Shown here: one piece after another, positions 1 to 12,184 of the stretch
Position numbering within the stretch: position 1 is the stretch's first letter
Layout of the letters: each line of letters starts with the position of its first letter
Assembly: GCF_001194135.2 (NCBI RefSeq)
Contig: NC_069001.1
Coordinates: 21,808,223-21,872,222, forward strand
Direction: 5' to 3'
DNA length: 64,000 bases
Origin: Octopus bimaculoides
Lineage: Eukaryota
Notes under the pieces: generated by a model
What the model was told of the DNA's origin: nothing
What the model saw: the letters and a program-made list of their open reading frames with translations, nothing else
Databases searched by the model: none
Position numbers and translations under genes: made by a program

Positions 1-426
1 ACAGGTAAAACATGTATTTAAGAAAACAAAAAACAAAAAAAAAAAAAAAAAATTCATGAATGGATGTTGTTTTCACACCGATAATGCTCTTCTCAGTACA
101 TGAGTCGTTCCAGTTAGCACGCTTTTTTGCACTTCCTGTAGGGATGGTAAGCCTGGTATCATTTTCAAATAGGTTTCAGTACCTTTTTTTATCATTCCTA
201 GAGATCCTACAATCACTGGTATGGTAGTCGCCTTGAGGTGCCACATTTTTTTCAATTTCTATTATTAAGTCTTTATATTTACTGATCTTGTCAAATTCTT
301 TTGCCGCTATATTATGATCAGAGGGAATACTCATGTCAATTAATAAACACGTCTTCTTTGTCTGATCTTTTATAATAATATCCGGTTTATTAGCTTTTAT
401 AGTCTTGTCGGTATGTACGGGGAAGA
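1..426 (-). mobile_element. R4/Dong-like non-LTR retrotransposon, 3' fragment (REL endonuclease + 3' UTR), frameshifted
   Basis: ORFs 176-478 (VHTDKTIKANKPDIIIKD...TCLLIDMSIP...KEFDKISKYKDL) and 73-255 (IPVIVGSLGMIKK...LQEVQKSVLTGTTHVLRRALSV) give the REL PD...D...K domain and the typical R4-clade C-terminus. The 5' junction lies in (AAT)n at 427-458. Confidence 0.9.
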
Positions 427-427
427 A

Positions 428-460
<33 letters not shown>

Positions 461-479
461 CGTAATCATCATTATCAAT

Positions 480-680
480 TTATTTTATTTCTCAGATCTC
501 TCCGTCCTACATGCTCCGGTTAATTCTGTGAGAACAGACAGCAACCTTTTGTTTAAGCTCTCACAAGGTCACTTTCCAGGAATTATAAGGATTTGGTTGC
601 TAGATGCACATATTATCAGCCACAAGAGACATGCCCTACTGGTTAAGGGTCGAGCAAGCAAATGATAAGCAAATCTGTGA
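480..680 (-). repeat. Partial copy of a dispersed repeat with (AAT)n tail (probable LINE 3' UTR or SINE)
   Basis: 600-680 (agatgcacatattatcagccac...ctggttaagg...aagcaaatctgtg) matches 25970-26045 and the reverse complement of 35070-35140. Strand is assigned from the position of the tail. Confidence 0.6.
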
Positions 681-2949
681 TAATTTTTAAGTTGTGAAAA
701 TACCCATGTTTTTTTCTTTCATAAGCTAAGTATGAGTTTATAGGGGTACAAAAATTTAGGTTTATCTAGAGGCAATTATAAAGTATTAAAATGATCAGGT
801 AGGGTAGAACACCGTAGAAAAGGATATAAAATAGCTTAATCACTAAAATCATGATGAAGTATATATACGACTTAGTAACTTCAATAGTAAAATATGTAAT
901 AATTCAAGTATTTAAAACTGAAAATCGTTTATTTACTTAATTAGCTTGTATCTATAATGACTGACACTCTGTGTCAACTAAAGGAAAATTAATGCTGTAG
1001 GTCATGCCACCTAATCACTGATTATAAACTAAGAGGTACATTATAGGTTTTAAATCACAAGATCAATAAAGTGCTACTTTCTAAAATATATAAAAACGTG
1101 TATATGATATGATATATTTATATATATATATGCATGTGTGCTAGATATCTGGTGATAACTATCACTAGATGTCAGTCATCACCTTAAATAAATACATTTT
1201 TCCGAAGATCCATTCTCACTTCTACCATTTTCTTAAGTAAGCAATACTTTAACTACACTTTAAAAATTGTGCAATTAGCTATCATCCTTTATTTTTGTGA
1301 ATAAAAGTAAATCCTTCAGCATTTATTTATTCAGATAGACATTGTATTTGTGTTTATATGCCTGAGCAAATAAAATGTGGCTAATTCTATCACTTCAAAC
1401 TATAAAATATAAAGATGATTTTCACTCTACCGAAGTGTTGGTTCAAGAGCAATTAAATATCATAAAATGTTTCATTACTTTGCAACGATGAATATGTAAT
1501 AATACAGTCATTCATGTACTGTGTATTGTAAAATCACGATAGGCAACGAATGTAAAATTGTCATCTTGTTCACAAACATGTAGATATTCTATCCACTCCA
1601 AAGTAAATTCCGCACGTTGACACTGCTGGAAGGCTTCTTAGAGGTTCTGCATGGCAAATGTACACATAATTGTGAATTAAAATATTGTATATACCAAAAT
1701 TAAGACTAAATGATATTTCGTCTATTGCAGTTTTTTCATGAGTTGCTTACAGATTGGCATATGCGTGAGTCGCTAGACCCACTGAGAAAATGCTTAGCAG
1801 TATTATTCCGGAGTCAAATTTGCCATGCTTTTCTCCAAACATACACAGTAAAATAAAGTGAAACCTGATGGTATCTAGTAAATCCTTTCTCTAAATTTCA
1901 AGCCTGGAATCAATGACTGTAGATTGCCCAATCAGTGAACGTTTTCCCTGTATAATCTTATTCTGATAGACATAAAACGTTAAGATAACCGTCACGAACA
2001 ATACCAAGATCCTTTACTGAAGTAAACTAATACGATCAAAATGTCACAGTACTCAAAGTGAAATTGACTCATCCTATATAAAGCCATTCTAATCATTTTG
2101 AATTATGGATTTGTTCACATTGCCTTTGACAAGAATTAACAGAAATGTGAAATAACCTCAACTTGAAATTGTAAAATTTCAGTGGTGAGTGGATACTTCA
2201 ACTTTGTTAGGCTTTACTTAGTTAAGTACGTATGTATGTGTGAGTGGATGTGAAGTATGCAATGGAAGACGATCCATATCGTGGTACACCCGTGACGAAA
2301 ATGACAGAGAAAATATGACATTGTACCAGAGGTGTGGACATATTCAGTGAGGTCTGCTAATCAATGCATTAAAACATAGTTGATTTCTGATGTCGAACCT
2401 AATCACAACATATTTATAAAATTATAGAATTTATTAAAAATGCTTAGTGATTATTAAACACATACACACATTCATACACAAAAGTAAACATCCGTACATA
2501 AACTTATAAAACGCTAGAAGGCATATGAACATGTTTGTAAATAGATATACGTACATAAATTCCTATACACATACACACACACACACACGTGTGTGTCAGT
2601 GTATCGATATACATGTATCTATGAGTGGTATATATATATATATNNNNNNNNNNATTTACTTCACACACACATACACACACACGGTATATTCTATACCATA
2701 TTTTCCGACAAAATGCAAATTCGTAAGGCTATTAAAAGCGTTCTTCTGTACAAAATTTAATAACTATAGTAATTTGCATTTCGTAAAATATAATAGAGTA
2801 CATTTTCTACACCCTCTACTAAAATCGAATTCAGATGGATTATCGATTTCTTCCTTTAACAATGATGGTCTTCACGTGAGATTCATACTTATATACATAT
2901 ACATGCACACGCACACGCAGACACACAGACACATATGTGTGTATGTGTA

Positions 2950-3390
2950 TATATTCTTTTATTCTTTTACTTACACTATCGGTCTTTTGTTGCCAAACCG
3001 CTAGGTTATAGGGACATAAACACACCAGCATCAGTTGTGAAGCGACGGTGGGAGAACAAATACAGACACACACGCATAAATACATACATACATACATACA
3101 TGCATATATATATATACATATATATNNNNNNNNNNNNNNNNNNNNNNNNNNNNNNNNNNNNNNNNNNNNNNNNNNNNNNNNNNNNNNNNNNNNNNNNNNN
3201 NNNNNNNNNNNNNNNNATATATATATATATACGACAGGCTTCTTTCAGTTTCCGTCTACCAAATCCACTCACAAGGCTTTGGTCGGCTCGAGGCTATAGT
3301 AGAATAAAGAAGCCTAAAATGCCACGTAGTGGGTCTGAACTCGGAACCATGTGACTGAGAAGCAAGCGTCATACCACACAGGCAGCTGTT
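2950..3390 (+). mobile_element. SINE family A (internal (CA)n/(TA)n; tail ttctttcagtttccgtctaccaaatccactcacaagg...)
   Basis: Near-identical blocks recur at 16960-17330, 42490-42760, 55228-55440, 58498-58595 and, reversed, at 59010-59410. Confidence 0.85.
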
Positions 3391-3516
3391 TAGCAATGTA
3401 TCACCAAAAAAGGAAACTATAATTGTTATTAACTCTGACAGAAATAAGAGATAAAGTGCTAGAAATTAGAGCTATGCTAGAAATAAGAGCTAAAGTGCTC
3501 TGATGTTGCAGTCAAC

Positions 3517-3602
3517 GCACATAATTGTATACATACATAATAACAGCGGCTGCAAACGGCTATTTACGGTCGCTGTCAGTATGTATGTATACAAGTATGT
3601 GC
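3517..3602. other. 86-nt fold-back hairpin (40-bp stem, 6-nt loop)
   Basis: gcacataattgtatacatacataataacagcggctgcaaa / loop cggcta / tttacggtcgctgtcagtatgtatgtatacaagtatgtgc. Paired by hand: 34 Watson-Crick pairs, 2 G-U, 4 mismatches. Confidence 0.85.
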
Positions 3603-3692
3603 ATTAAAGGAATCCCATAAAACTCAATAAATTTGTTAAAAATGGAGAAGAAAATAAGTTAAAATTCTCTTACATTTTAACATCTCTTCTCC

Positions 3693-3730
<38 letters not shown>

Positions 3731-3759
3731 TGTGTGTGGTTTGAAAACAATTTGCACAT

Positions 3760-4315
3760 GGAAGTGCTACCACTCTAAAGCTCCGCATACCGGAAGCCAG
3801 CAAGTGTAAGGGGTCATCAGGGGAAAATGCGCGCCGTTCCGGGGCCTACCTCTCGACAGCATCATTGCGCACCAGCCCCACTCACTTATATAAGGCCCCG
3901 CTTACTAGATGAACTGGTTATGAAATAAAGCTACATATTCTTCTAGTCATCGCTCATCGTCTCTTTTTAACCAAATCCAGTGGCTAGCCCTTTCCACTGT
4001 AGTTTGGATATTGGTCATTTACTTTACAATGAGTTATGCTTAACAGTAACAACAGTCACCTGACACTGTGTCCAACAAATCCTCTACATCCGACTTCGAG
4101 TGGAAAATGCTCCACTTACCAGCCTGCGTCTTCACATTCCTCGAGGAGGTTTATATAACGGTCAATCTTTCGAGCCCGAGCAGCATGAATGCTATCTTAA
4201 TGAGGAACCATTAACTCGATTAGATTCACAACTTTCAAACCGCATTAAAATGTACGTTTTCTTTTCCCGTGACTGGGATGAGAAAGAGTCCCTGGCACCC
4301 TGTAAATCTGCAGCC
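3760..4315 (-). mobile_element. HERO-like (REL) non-LTR retrotransposon, 3' fragment
   Basis: Manual translation gives LIELMVPH*DSIHAARARKIDRYINLLEECEDAGW*VEHFPLEVGCRGFVG and, after a frameshift, ERASHWIWLKRD. These match the IELTVP...RK..KY...GW...PVEVGCRGF and AS.W.WLKR motifs of HERO-type REL domains. The 5' side runs into a gap. Confidence 0.8.
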
Positions 4316-4933
4316 NNNNNNNNNNNNNNNNNNNNNNNNNNNNNNNNNNNNNNNNNNNNNNNNNNNNNNNNNNNNNNNNNNNNNNNNNNNNNNNNNNNNN
4401 NNNNNNNNNNNNNNNNNNNNNNNNNNNNNNNNNNNNNNNNNNNNNNNNNNNNNNNNNNNNNNNNNNNNNNNNNNNNNNNNNNNNNNNNNNNNNNNNNNNN
4501 NNNNNNNNNNNNNNNNNNNNNNNNNNNNNNNNNNNNNNNNNNNNNNNNNNNNNNNNNNNNNNNNNNNNNNNNNNNNNNNNNNNNNNNNNNNNNNNNNNNN
4601 NNNNNNNNNNNNNNNNNNNNNNNNNNNNNNNNNNNNNNNNNNNNNNNNNNNNNNNNNNNNNNNNNNNNNNNNNNNNNNNNNNNNNNNNNNNNNNNNNNNN
4701 NNNNNNNNNNNNNNNNNNNNNNNNNNNNNNNNNNNNNNNNNNNNNNNNNNNNNNNNNNNNNNNNNNNNNNNNNNNNNNNNNNNNNNNNNNNNNNNNNNNN
4801 NNNNNNNNNNNNNNNNNNNNNNNNNNNNNNNNNNNNNNNNNNNNNNNNNNNNNNNNNNNNNNNNNNNNNNNATATTGATAGAAAAGACAACAAAGAAAGA
4901 AAGAGACCTCGATATTATGTAAATAGAGGAATT

Positions 4934-5036
4934 TATCTGTAAAAATATGTGACAGTTATTCGGTAGACATGATAAAACTTTTATCATAAAAGTTTTATCA
5001 TGGCTACCGAATAACTGTCACATATTTTTACAGATA
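4934..5036. repeat. Near-perfect palindrome, MITE-like fold-back
   Basis: 49-bp arms (4934-4982 and 4988-5036) with one mismatch and a 5-nt loop (atcat). The outermost bases are TA on each side. Confidence 0.85.
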
Positions 5037-5339
5037 TATATATATATTAGAAATAATTGAGATTCAGTTAAATTAGGTACCTAAGTTGAAGCACAATCTA
5101 GCAGGTGCCAGTATAGCGAGACTGACTCAATTTCGAGTAATTTGGCCTATCCTCAGTCGCAAGCACCTGTACGCCAGAGCGATATCCATTTTCCGCTAAT
5201 GCCAAGGCCATGATCATTGGTCACTGATTTACAACAAGCTGAATGGCTAGTGACCACATCAAGGTGACTGTTGAATATGACTACTAGTTTAACCCCAAGC
5301 AGATTCTCTGCCAGCTGGTTATCAGTGTGACTCAGCACC

Positions 5340-5382
<43 letters not shown>

Positions 5383-5704
5383 ACTCTGCACCCTTTGTAC
5401 ATATATACATATATGCATATATGTACATATTTCATTACACATACACACACACACACACTTACTTACATGTACAGATTATTTTTACTCAGATTATCTTTCG
5501 TTTTAACAAATACTTTTTAATGTGGTTCTAAACTTCACTATAAAGTTGAATAAAGTAAGTTATTATTAAAGAGGCTAGTAATAATTTTTCTGTTTGCACA
5601 AGTATGCTCAACTAGAAATTCACCCGATGATACCATTCCTTCAATGCAAAAATCTATGTAGTTATTCACTTGAAACGTAAGCTTAATTTATAATGTAAGA
5701 ATCT

Positions 5705-5842
5705 TCAGAGCAAACGGTAATTGAATTTCATCGGAAAGGATGAAAGGTAAATTCGACCTCGGCAGAATTTGAACTCAGAACGCAGCAACGGGCGAAATAT
5801 CGCTGAGCATTTCGTCCAGCGTGCTAACGATTCTGGCAGCTA
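5705..5842 (-). mobile_element. tRNA-derived SINE family B head
   Basis: Reverse complement reads agctgccagaatcgttagcac...ctgagttcaaattctgccgaggtcgaatttacctttcatcc (A/B-box-like). Related copies lie at 1765-1830, 24990-25345, 40060-40125 and 51585-51750. Confidence 0.8.
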
Positions 5843-7253
5843 ACATGGATGATAATAGTAGCAATAATAAGACGAGCAGTAATGCTGACAAATTATATAG
5901 GAAAAGCAGTATGATAATTCCAAAAACACGATCGTCTATGAACAATAATTTTAGAAATTTCAATATTGACCCCCTACAGTTTTACAGTTAATTCTAGGTA
6001 GAACAATTATAATTTGTATAACTTCCAGGATACAAGATAGCAAAACCAAGAAGACGTCTACTAGGAAAAGCTTGCATGTGGTTTAGTTCTCTCTTCTAAT
6101 TATATGTTGAATTTAAGGTCCCCGACAGACTTTTGAAAAACACCTTACTCAAAATGACATCGTATTTATAGCAGTTTATGTGATAGACATTCTTAGTCCG
6201 CAAGCCCCAACTTAGCATATAGTATTTCTAAATATAACATTTTTAATCTTAATCTAGACATGAAATATTGGGAGAGAAATAGTTATACATTAATTTGTAC
6301 AGGTAATACCTTATTAACAACACTATTTTGAAACTGTCTAATTGTCATTATAACAATAAAGAAAGGAATGAATCTAATTATATACTTACTGCAAAACCTT
6401 TCACCAATTGTACAGAATAACAATGCAAACAGGAAAGATAACAGTAACATAATTGTTGATAGAGTTAATTACGTTGAAATGTCTACTCACGTCACAGATA
6501 ATTATACTGTCATTTGAAATAGTGATAATTAGAGACATCCATATAACAATACACCTACTTACTCAGCATTAGAACATGGCAGCATGATCAATATATCTAT
6601 AGCTAATAACAAACACATTTCTTCTAATACTTTTAGCGCTAAATTATAAATCTCTGCTTGAAGAGTTACTAATATATCGTTGGCTACCTGAGACAAAATA
6701 TAGTATATAGAGATAAAGCACGCAAAAGTAATAAATACTATATAGGTGTTAAAGACTTCAAAAGCATACTGGCGATTGGATACATGTGGAAGTTGTCATC
6801 AAGAGGTATTTGGTATAAACTCAAAAGTGTATTATAGGTGCTGCACCGTCACACGGAGGCGAGTACTGGACACGTCGAAAGGGCATAAATATACTAACAT
6901 TTAATTAGCAGAGGAAATTCTGTTAACAAAAAAAACGAAGTAATATTAGTTGCAAACTTACAAGCTGGAAATGTGCATAATATCTAGATAAAGAAACTTT
7001 ATCCAAATTTATGAGGATAAATTTAATCTGCATCATAAAATTGTTTATTAATAATTTTAATTTTAAATACACTTCGAATATATTTCTTTTTCATAATACT
7101 CGGTCATGAATTTGTTTCCGATATATTAATATACTTTAATTCTCATTAGGACCCTAAATATATTTTAATAAACTAATTAATAATTAAACTTTAAATCGTA
7201 TATAACAATATATTACTTAACATTCTATTTTCCATTCAGATTTTTATTTTATA

Positions 7254-8701
7254 CTAGCAGAAATACCCGGCTTTGCCCGGGTTAAAGAGAATAATGAAAT
7301 CTAAAAACGCCGTCTAGACTACGCAACCCTCAACAATTAGTAGCTACGATACCATATTTCTACATTAATAACTCTCCAATCCATGCCAGCATGGAACATA
7401 GACATTAAGTGGAATGCCAGTCTCTCATCTAGGAGGGCCTTGAAATCAATGTTACCAACTGGAGACTATGTGTGTGGTAGTGATAATAAAAAGACCCAAA
7501 GGAGGTCTGCAACGAAATAATTTTACTCAACACTTTGCAAGTGAATCAGTGGAGGCAAAGATGCGTCTCATTTGCTTGACAATTTATGCACCACATTGCA
7601 GAAATCACAAGGTAAGTATATCTGAAAGGGTAATCTTACACTGTTGCACCGTTGAATTACNNNNNNNNNNNNNNNNNNNNNNNNNNNNNNNNNNNNNNNN
7701 NNNNNNNNNNNNNNNNNNNNNNNNNNNNNNNNNNNNNNNNNNNNNNNNNNNNNNNNNNNNNNNNNNNNNNNNNNNNNNNNNNNNNNNNNNNNNNNNNNNN
7801 NNNNNNNNNNNNNNNNNNNNNNNNNNNNNNNNNNNNNNNNNNNNNNNNNNNNNNNNNNNNNNNNNNNNNNNNNNNNNNNNNNNNNNNNNNNNNNNNNNNN
7901 NNNNNNNNNNNNNNNNNNNNNNNNNNNTAATTTTCAAATTTCATAAAGATCCGTTCAGTACTTTTGACGTAGTTTTGGATAAGAAAACAAATGACTAATG
8001 TGTGTGTTTGTGTGTGATGGGTGTATATATGTATAGATATCTGTATGCATGTATAGATATCTGTATGCATGTATATATATGTATATATGTGTACATATTA
8101 CATGTACATCTATCTATATATATATATACATCTACACATATGTATACATATACATGTATGCATATAGATCTATATCTATATATATCTATGCATATACCTG
8201 TACATATACATGTATATGTATACATATACATGTATATGTATACATATACATCTCTTTCTCTCTTTCTCTCTCTCTGAAAGTATCTGTCATTACAGTATCG
8301 AAATGTGATTGTTTCAGTTAGTGGAATAGTGTGTACATATACATCTATATGTATACATGTACATCTCTCTCTCTCTCTATCTTTCTCTCTTTCTCTCTTT
8401 CTCTCTTTCTCTCTTTCTCTCTCTCTCTCTGAAAGTATCTGTCACTACAGTATCGAAATGTGATTGTTTCAGTTAGTAGAATAGTTTCATTTTTAAAGTG
8501 AAAGTATTTGACATGAGTGTTTTTGTTTCACTTTTGACACGTAATACTTAAATAGTGGAGGAGATATTATGTTGCCGTGGGCTCGAACTCTGCAAGAAGT
8601 TAAAAATTTTTTTTGACTAAAACACAACTGGAACCCTAAGTAGGGCATCTGTAAAATTTGAATGAAATTGGTTGCGTAGTTCTCGAGTTTTAGGGATTCA
8701 C

Positions 8702-8740
<39 letters not shown>

Positions 8741-8766
8741 CACATTCTCATTTCTATATATATAGA
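7254..8766 (-). mobile_element. Non-autonomous Helitron with both termini
   Basis: 5' end A|TCTATATATATAGAAATGAG at 8766. 3' hairpin acccgggcaaagccgggt then atttctgCTAG|T ending at 7254. Both ends match the + copy at 60464-61980. An internal tandem duplication lies at 8270-8480. Confidence 0.9.
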
Positions 8767-8964
8767 TACGTATGTCTATTGTCATGCACTATTTTATGAA
8801 AATTGCACATGCAATATTCGACTGGGTGTGTGAGCACGTGTGTCTTTGTATTCTACTCTCATCTATTATTTATTTCAACCAGATGTAGTAAGCTGATCTC
8901 TGAGGCTGGATGTATGTATGTATGCATGTATGTATGTATGTATGTATGTATGTATGTATGTATG

Positions 8965-9930
8965 TTCTCTTCTGTTTTGATTATTTATATTCTTCCTCTG
9001 TGGAAGGAGCTAGTTTCTAACAAAGATACAGAGCTCTATATTGTTGATAACAATATAGATAAAATTTTAAACTTGCGTATTTTTTATGTTCTACTTACAG
9101 CTTGTATTTGTAATATACGAGTGAGTTGGTTGATTTCTTTTTCTGAAAACCCTAGCTTATCCCGATTGTCACTTAGGCATTTAGTCATGGAAACAAGTAT
9201 ACCAATTTTTATTGGTATAAATGTGGATTTATAATCTGGATACAGAAAATGGAAGTTTCGAAGCAGTTTTTCATAGTTATCCTCTTTCGGTTTGATTTTC
9301 AAAAAGCTTATCACATCAGCAGGACATCTGACCTCTATGACGGTACATATATTTTCATGTCTGTCCCAAACAACAATATTCGGCTTGTTATTTTTACATT
9401 TGACAAATGTTTTGATTGGAATGTTCCACCAGTATTCCTTGTGTTGATGTCTGTGTATATATTCAGTAAGAGGGGTTACCCTCAATTTATTCCAGTACAA
9501 TCTTTTACCGAATGTCATTGTATATTGTTTTTATGATAACGTCATGTCACATGGGGGGTAGGGGTAGTAATTTGATGACACTTTTGGGCAGCATCTAATC
9601 ACGCATTTGATGTCTTCCACAGAAATATGACATAGTCGACATTTTCTGTTGCATCTTGGAGCTCCATCTTTCATGTAACGTAGCAGTCACGAGTCTAAGA
9701 GAGGCTTCGCTCCATGTCGATATTACTGTCTTCTTCAAGTCTTCGAGAAACACACCTATGCATAGTCCTTATTTATTTAGTTCTTCGGTATGTTGATCAT
9801 TTCACAGCAAAGTCTTCTTTGAGGTATGTTAGCTCGGCTGTTGTATGTTAGTTTATCAGGAAGAGAGTACTTCCCGAGGTGTTCACTGCCAAGTAGGATA
9901 TTGTTTTCTTCACTTCTCAGTACAAAGTTA
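8965..9930 (-). mobile_element. REL-type non-LTR retrotransposon 3' fragment (zinc knuckle + endonuclease), (CATA)n tail
   Basis: ORF 9084-9518 (NKPNIVVWDRHENICTVIEVRCPAD...KEDNY). Upstream RKCRLCHISVEDIKCVIRCCPK is a degenerate CCHC knuckle. It ends in (CATA)n at 8910-8964. Confidence 0.85.
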
Positions 9931-9939
9931 ATGTCTTTA

Positions 9940-11550
9940 TTTTTTGTTGCTGCCGTTTAGGAAGTGCTTTCCAAGGGAGACAATACTGCAGCATGGGAAG
10001 ATTTTCGAGACCAGGTTCTTCAGTGTGCTGCTGAAACACTGGGATATGCTACTGCCAGACACAGAGACTGGTTTGATACCAACTATTGGTGGTAAAGCGC
10101 CAGGCCCACAATGTATTGCTACACAGAGGACTTTCAGCTGTGCAACGAAATTTATCAGTTACCAACTATAGCAATGTAAAATCACTACTGCATCGAGCTC
10201 TCAGGAAAATGAGTACACTTGGTGCGAGGATCTTGCTCGTGATGTTCAGGTTGCTGCTGATGCAAATGACAGCAAGAAGCCTTACCATCTTATGAAGCAA
10301 GTTTATGGGCCTAAGAACTTCGCATGAGATCCTTTGATTTCCAAGGAGACTTCCACTCTATTTACTAAATCAACAGAAATCACAAATCGCTGGATCGAAC
10401 ACTACTCTGAACTCCTAATCTATGAGTCAGTTGCGGATGAAAAAGTCATTGATACTATGCAACAAAGACCTATCATTGGCTCCTTAGACTCCTCGCCCTC
10501 AATTGATGAAGTAATGACATCAATAAGTAAATTGAATCTTGGTAGAGCACCTGGAAGGGATGGAATTTGTGCTGAGGTCTTGCTATTTGGTGGTGATTAC
10601 ATCATAGAGTTCCTTCATGAACTTATTAGTACAGTCTGGAGGGATGGTGCAAAGCCCAAGGACTGGAAGCATGCAATTATTTTTCCTCTCTATAAAGGAA
10701 GATGAGCCAGAACAATGTATGGTAACTACAGAGGCATTACTCCACCACTAGCTGCTGGCAAGATTCTGGCAAATATTCTTCTTGATGTCCTATCTGAATC
10801 TCAATGTGGCTTCCGATCTGGTAGAGGGACAATGGATATGATTTTCACAGCAAGACAGACGCGGGAGAAGTGCTATGAGCAGAATATGGATCTTGTCCAG
10901 GTATTCATTGATTTAACGACGGCCTTTGATATTGTGAATAGGGCATTGCTATGGAAAATAGTTGGCAAACTTGGATGTCCGTTCACTTTGTATCTATAAT
11001 TAAATCATTTCATGATGAGATGAAGGCTTGGTTCAATGTTGGTGGTGGCATGACGGGACCCATTCCTGTATAGGATGGTGTCAAGCAGGGTGATATCCTT
11101 GCCCCAACTAACTTTGTACATTGTTGCTGCTTTTACTCATACTTTTACTAACGTTAGCCCTAAAGAGAACCCGGCAGAAACCAAGGCTGCGATCTAAGGA
11201 CTGTGACAAGTCCTCATTAAAAGCCTGTGATATACAGGAGAATAACTGGGAGAGCAATGCCTGTCATTGCCACAGATGGGGGAATCAGGATAAGGAGGGG
11301 GGTCGACACTTTTGAGAGAGCACGTTTTCTGCATGAAGAACTTAAGCGTGCTACTCGAAAGCGCACTGCTGGTGTGGTGAATGTGGAAAGCTTGGTTCGC
11401 AATGTTTGTAGTCATGTATGCTTGTCAAGATTAGAGTTCATTAGCCACCAAACGGAACCGCAAATACAAAATATAAGTTAGTCCTAGAGCGCACAGGGTT
11501 CCTGAAGGTCAGCAATTGTCCTCCTCGGTCTCGAGCGGACGGCCATCATG
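9940..11550 (+). mobile_element. RTE-clade LINE, decayed and internally deleted
   Basis: RT motifs KLNLGRAPGRDGI, NYRGI, ESQCGFRSGRGTMDMIFTARQ..EKC.EQN, FIDLTTAFD.VNR and KQGDILAP, then the C-terminal region (RLRSKD..K..LKAC.I...NWE, CLSRLEFISH) and a 3' end ggacggccatca. Multiple stops and frameshifts. Confidence 0.92.
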
Positions 11551-12184
11551 TATGTCTACGTTTGTATGATCGTATGCATACATAAAATATGTGTGTATAG
11601 TGCATCGAAGAAAAGCATTTTTACTTATTGGTATTCTTTGGGGCTAACACTGATTCAGATCATTTACAAATTGGAAATACACAAGTATGCATTCCACTGT
11701 CAGAACACACACCGCAATGTCTTTTACTTCGATAGCAAACATTAGTTTTTTTTTTTCACTACGAATACCAATGTCTGAAAGGTTAACAGCAGGAAACGAA
11801 ATATTGATATCAACAGCTGGAAGACCAATGCCACTGACTGAAAATTTGGAGTCCTCATCTTACAAAAACTACCTGCGCTATTCAGAGATAACAGATGCTC
11901 AGAAGTTGAAGAAAACTTTTGACAACTAAAAAAGACAGTAACATTGAATGAGAAATAGAATTCGAGGTCCCTATTGGTAGAAGAGAAAAAAGACAATCAT
12001 AGTCCACAGGAAAAAAATATTCAAATATGAAACTTTTGTGAAGTGCTTTCTCACTTTTTCCCTCTGGGCATTCTAAAATCCGTGAGGGTGAATAATGTTT
12101 AAGTTCCAAGAAATCGTATAGAATATAAAATCACATATGGATTGAAAGTAAACGTATACGTATGTATGTATGTATGCATGTATG

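Noticed and set aside
1144-1173. 30-bp palindrome gatatctggtgata-ac-tatcactagatgtc
   Set aside because: Short, with two wobble positions and no TSD or context; not distinguishable from background.
1547-1640. Possible Tc1/mariner transposase peptide on the minus strand (QQCQRAEFTLEWIE...DDNF)
   Set aside because: Resemblance is too weak without a profile search.
3805-3990. Solo-LTR-like pattern on + (TG start, TATATAA at 3887, AATAAA at 3924)
   Set aside because: No TSD or clear CA end. The minus strand is better explained as the C-terminus and 3' UTR of the HERO-like LINE.
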